DNA of 32,000 nucleotides from Candidatus Saccharimonadota bacterium (GTDB lineage: Bacteria; Patescibacteriota; Gracilibacteria; Absconditabacterales; Absconditicoccaceae): the NCBI GenBank assembly GCA_000503875.1, contig CP006913.1, forward strand, positions 720,001 to 752,000. Direction: 5' to 3'. Shown here in pieces: positions 31,581-32,000 of the stretch; the first letter of the stretch is position 1; each line of letters begins with the position of its first letter. A program made the position numbers and the translations under genes. The notes beneath the pieces were generated by a model, which was not told where the DNA came from, searched no databases, and was given only the letters and a program-made list of their open reading frames with translations.

Positions 31581-32000
31581 ATGCGAAAAAAATTGTTCAT
31601 GTGAATATGCTTAGTATTTTTTTTAGCGTTATTTCACAAAGCAATAGCCGTCGATGTTGACCTATACTTAAGTATTGTTAACTCCTTTTCTTGAACGGTA
31701 ATAGTTACATGAAATAATACGATAACTCAAAACTGAATTACTTATACATCGACAACAACACCATCCCTCCAAATTTTCTCTAATGTTGGATCTAGATATA
31801 ACATATCATGAGATCTTGTATCAGCAATAAGTTGATCTCAATCAAATCCTTATACAATACAAACGATAATACAGGTAAACAAAACTAATGCTATAAATGA
31901 CATTTTTCCTATATTTTGGAGAGAAATAGAACTTTTAACACATCCAAAATTAAAGATATTTGTTGATACCTTAGGTCCAACACTACCTACTATCATAGCT
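31581..32000 (+). CDS. Secreted protein, 5' part (continues beyond the window)
   Basis: MRKKLFMGICLVFFLALFHKAIA|VDV signal peptide. The frame stays open to the window end with UGA read as Gly. Thr/Ser/Asn-rich like the other surface proteins. Confidence 0.5.

Noticed and set aside
1-32000. Translation table 4 (UGA = Trp, Mycoplasma-like) as an explanation for the low GC and in-frame TGAs.
   Set aside because: TGA falls on GTIR-G-D of NDK, the -1 Gly of prepilins, the G.G of Dus and FN3 N.G.S, and aligns with GGT/GGA in an in-window paralogue. Trp would break all of these.
1-32000. Scan for CRISPR arrays, rRNA genes, IS elements, transposases, integrases and phage genes.
   Set aside because: No regularly spaced direct repeats with unique spacers and no recognisable transposase, integrase or rRNA sequence were seen by eye. 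The only repeats are intragenic tandem duplications and the structured intergenic motifs reported above.

Overview
AT-rich (~30% GC) bacterial window that only makes sense under translation table 25 (UGA = Gly). Every break in the six-frame ORF track is a TGA, and these TGAs fall on invariant glycines. That recoding, a form II/III-type RuBisCO and giant surface proteins point to a Gracilibacteria/Absconditabacteria (SR1)-like CPR/Patescibacteria genome; this lineage call is inference. Re-read with UGA as sense, the window is densely coding. It holds dus, rpsA, rpsO and tRNA-Arg(CCU). Next is a type IV pilus-like operon: PilN-like, PilO-like, PilC and four pseudopilins, three of which encode the cleavage-site -1 Gly as UGA. 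A minus-strand block follows with an M29 aminopeptidase, a helicase-dead PriA-like protein and an acidic hypothetical, then a small lipoprotein and a terminator-insulated RuBisCO. After a HAD hydrolase comes an ArsR-headed redox/thiol cluster (polyferredoxin membrane protein, rhodanese-like, thioredoxin-like, permease). The rest is an ECF sigma factor with a putative anti-sigma, ndk, rpmE, a bPH membrane protein, DedA and an SDR. From 22.3 kb to the window end there is a cell-surface cluster: a small secreted WxL-like protein, one uninterrupted 2307-codon ORF ending in a paralogous domain, a membrane-anchored DUF916/WxL-interacting-like protein, and a further secreted protein. This resembles Firmicutes Csc/WxL loci. 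Two families of structured intergenic elements recur with compensatory base changes upstream of the pilin operon, the sigma factor and the surface cluster. No CRISPR array, rRNA, transposase or integrase was seen.
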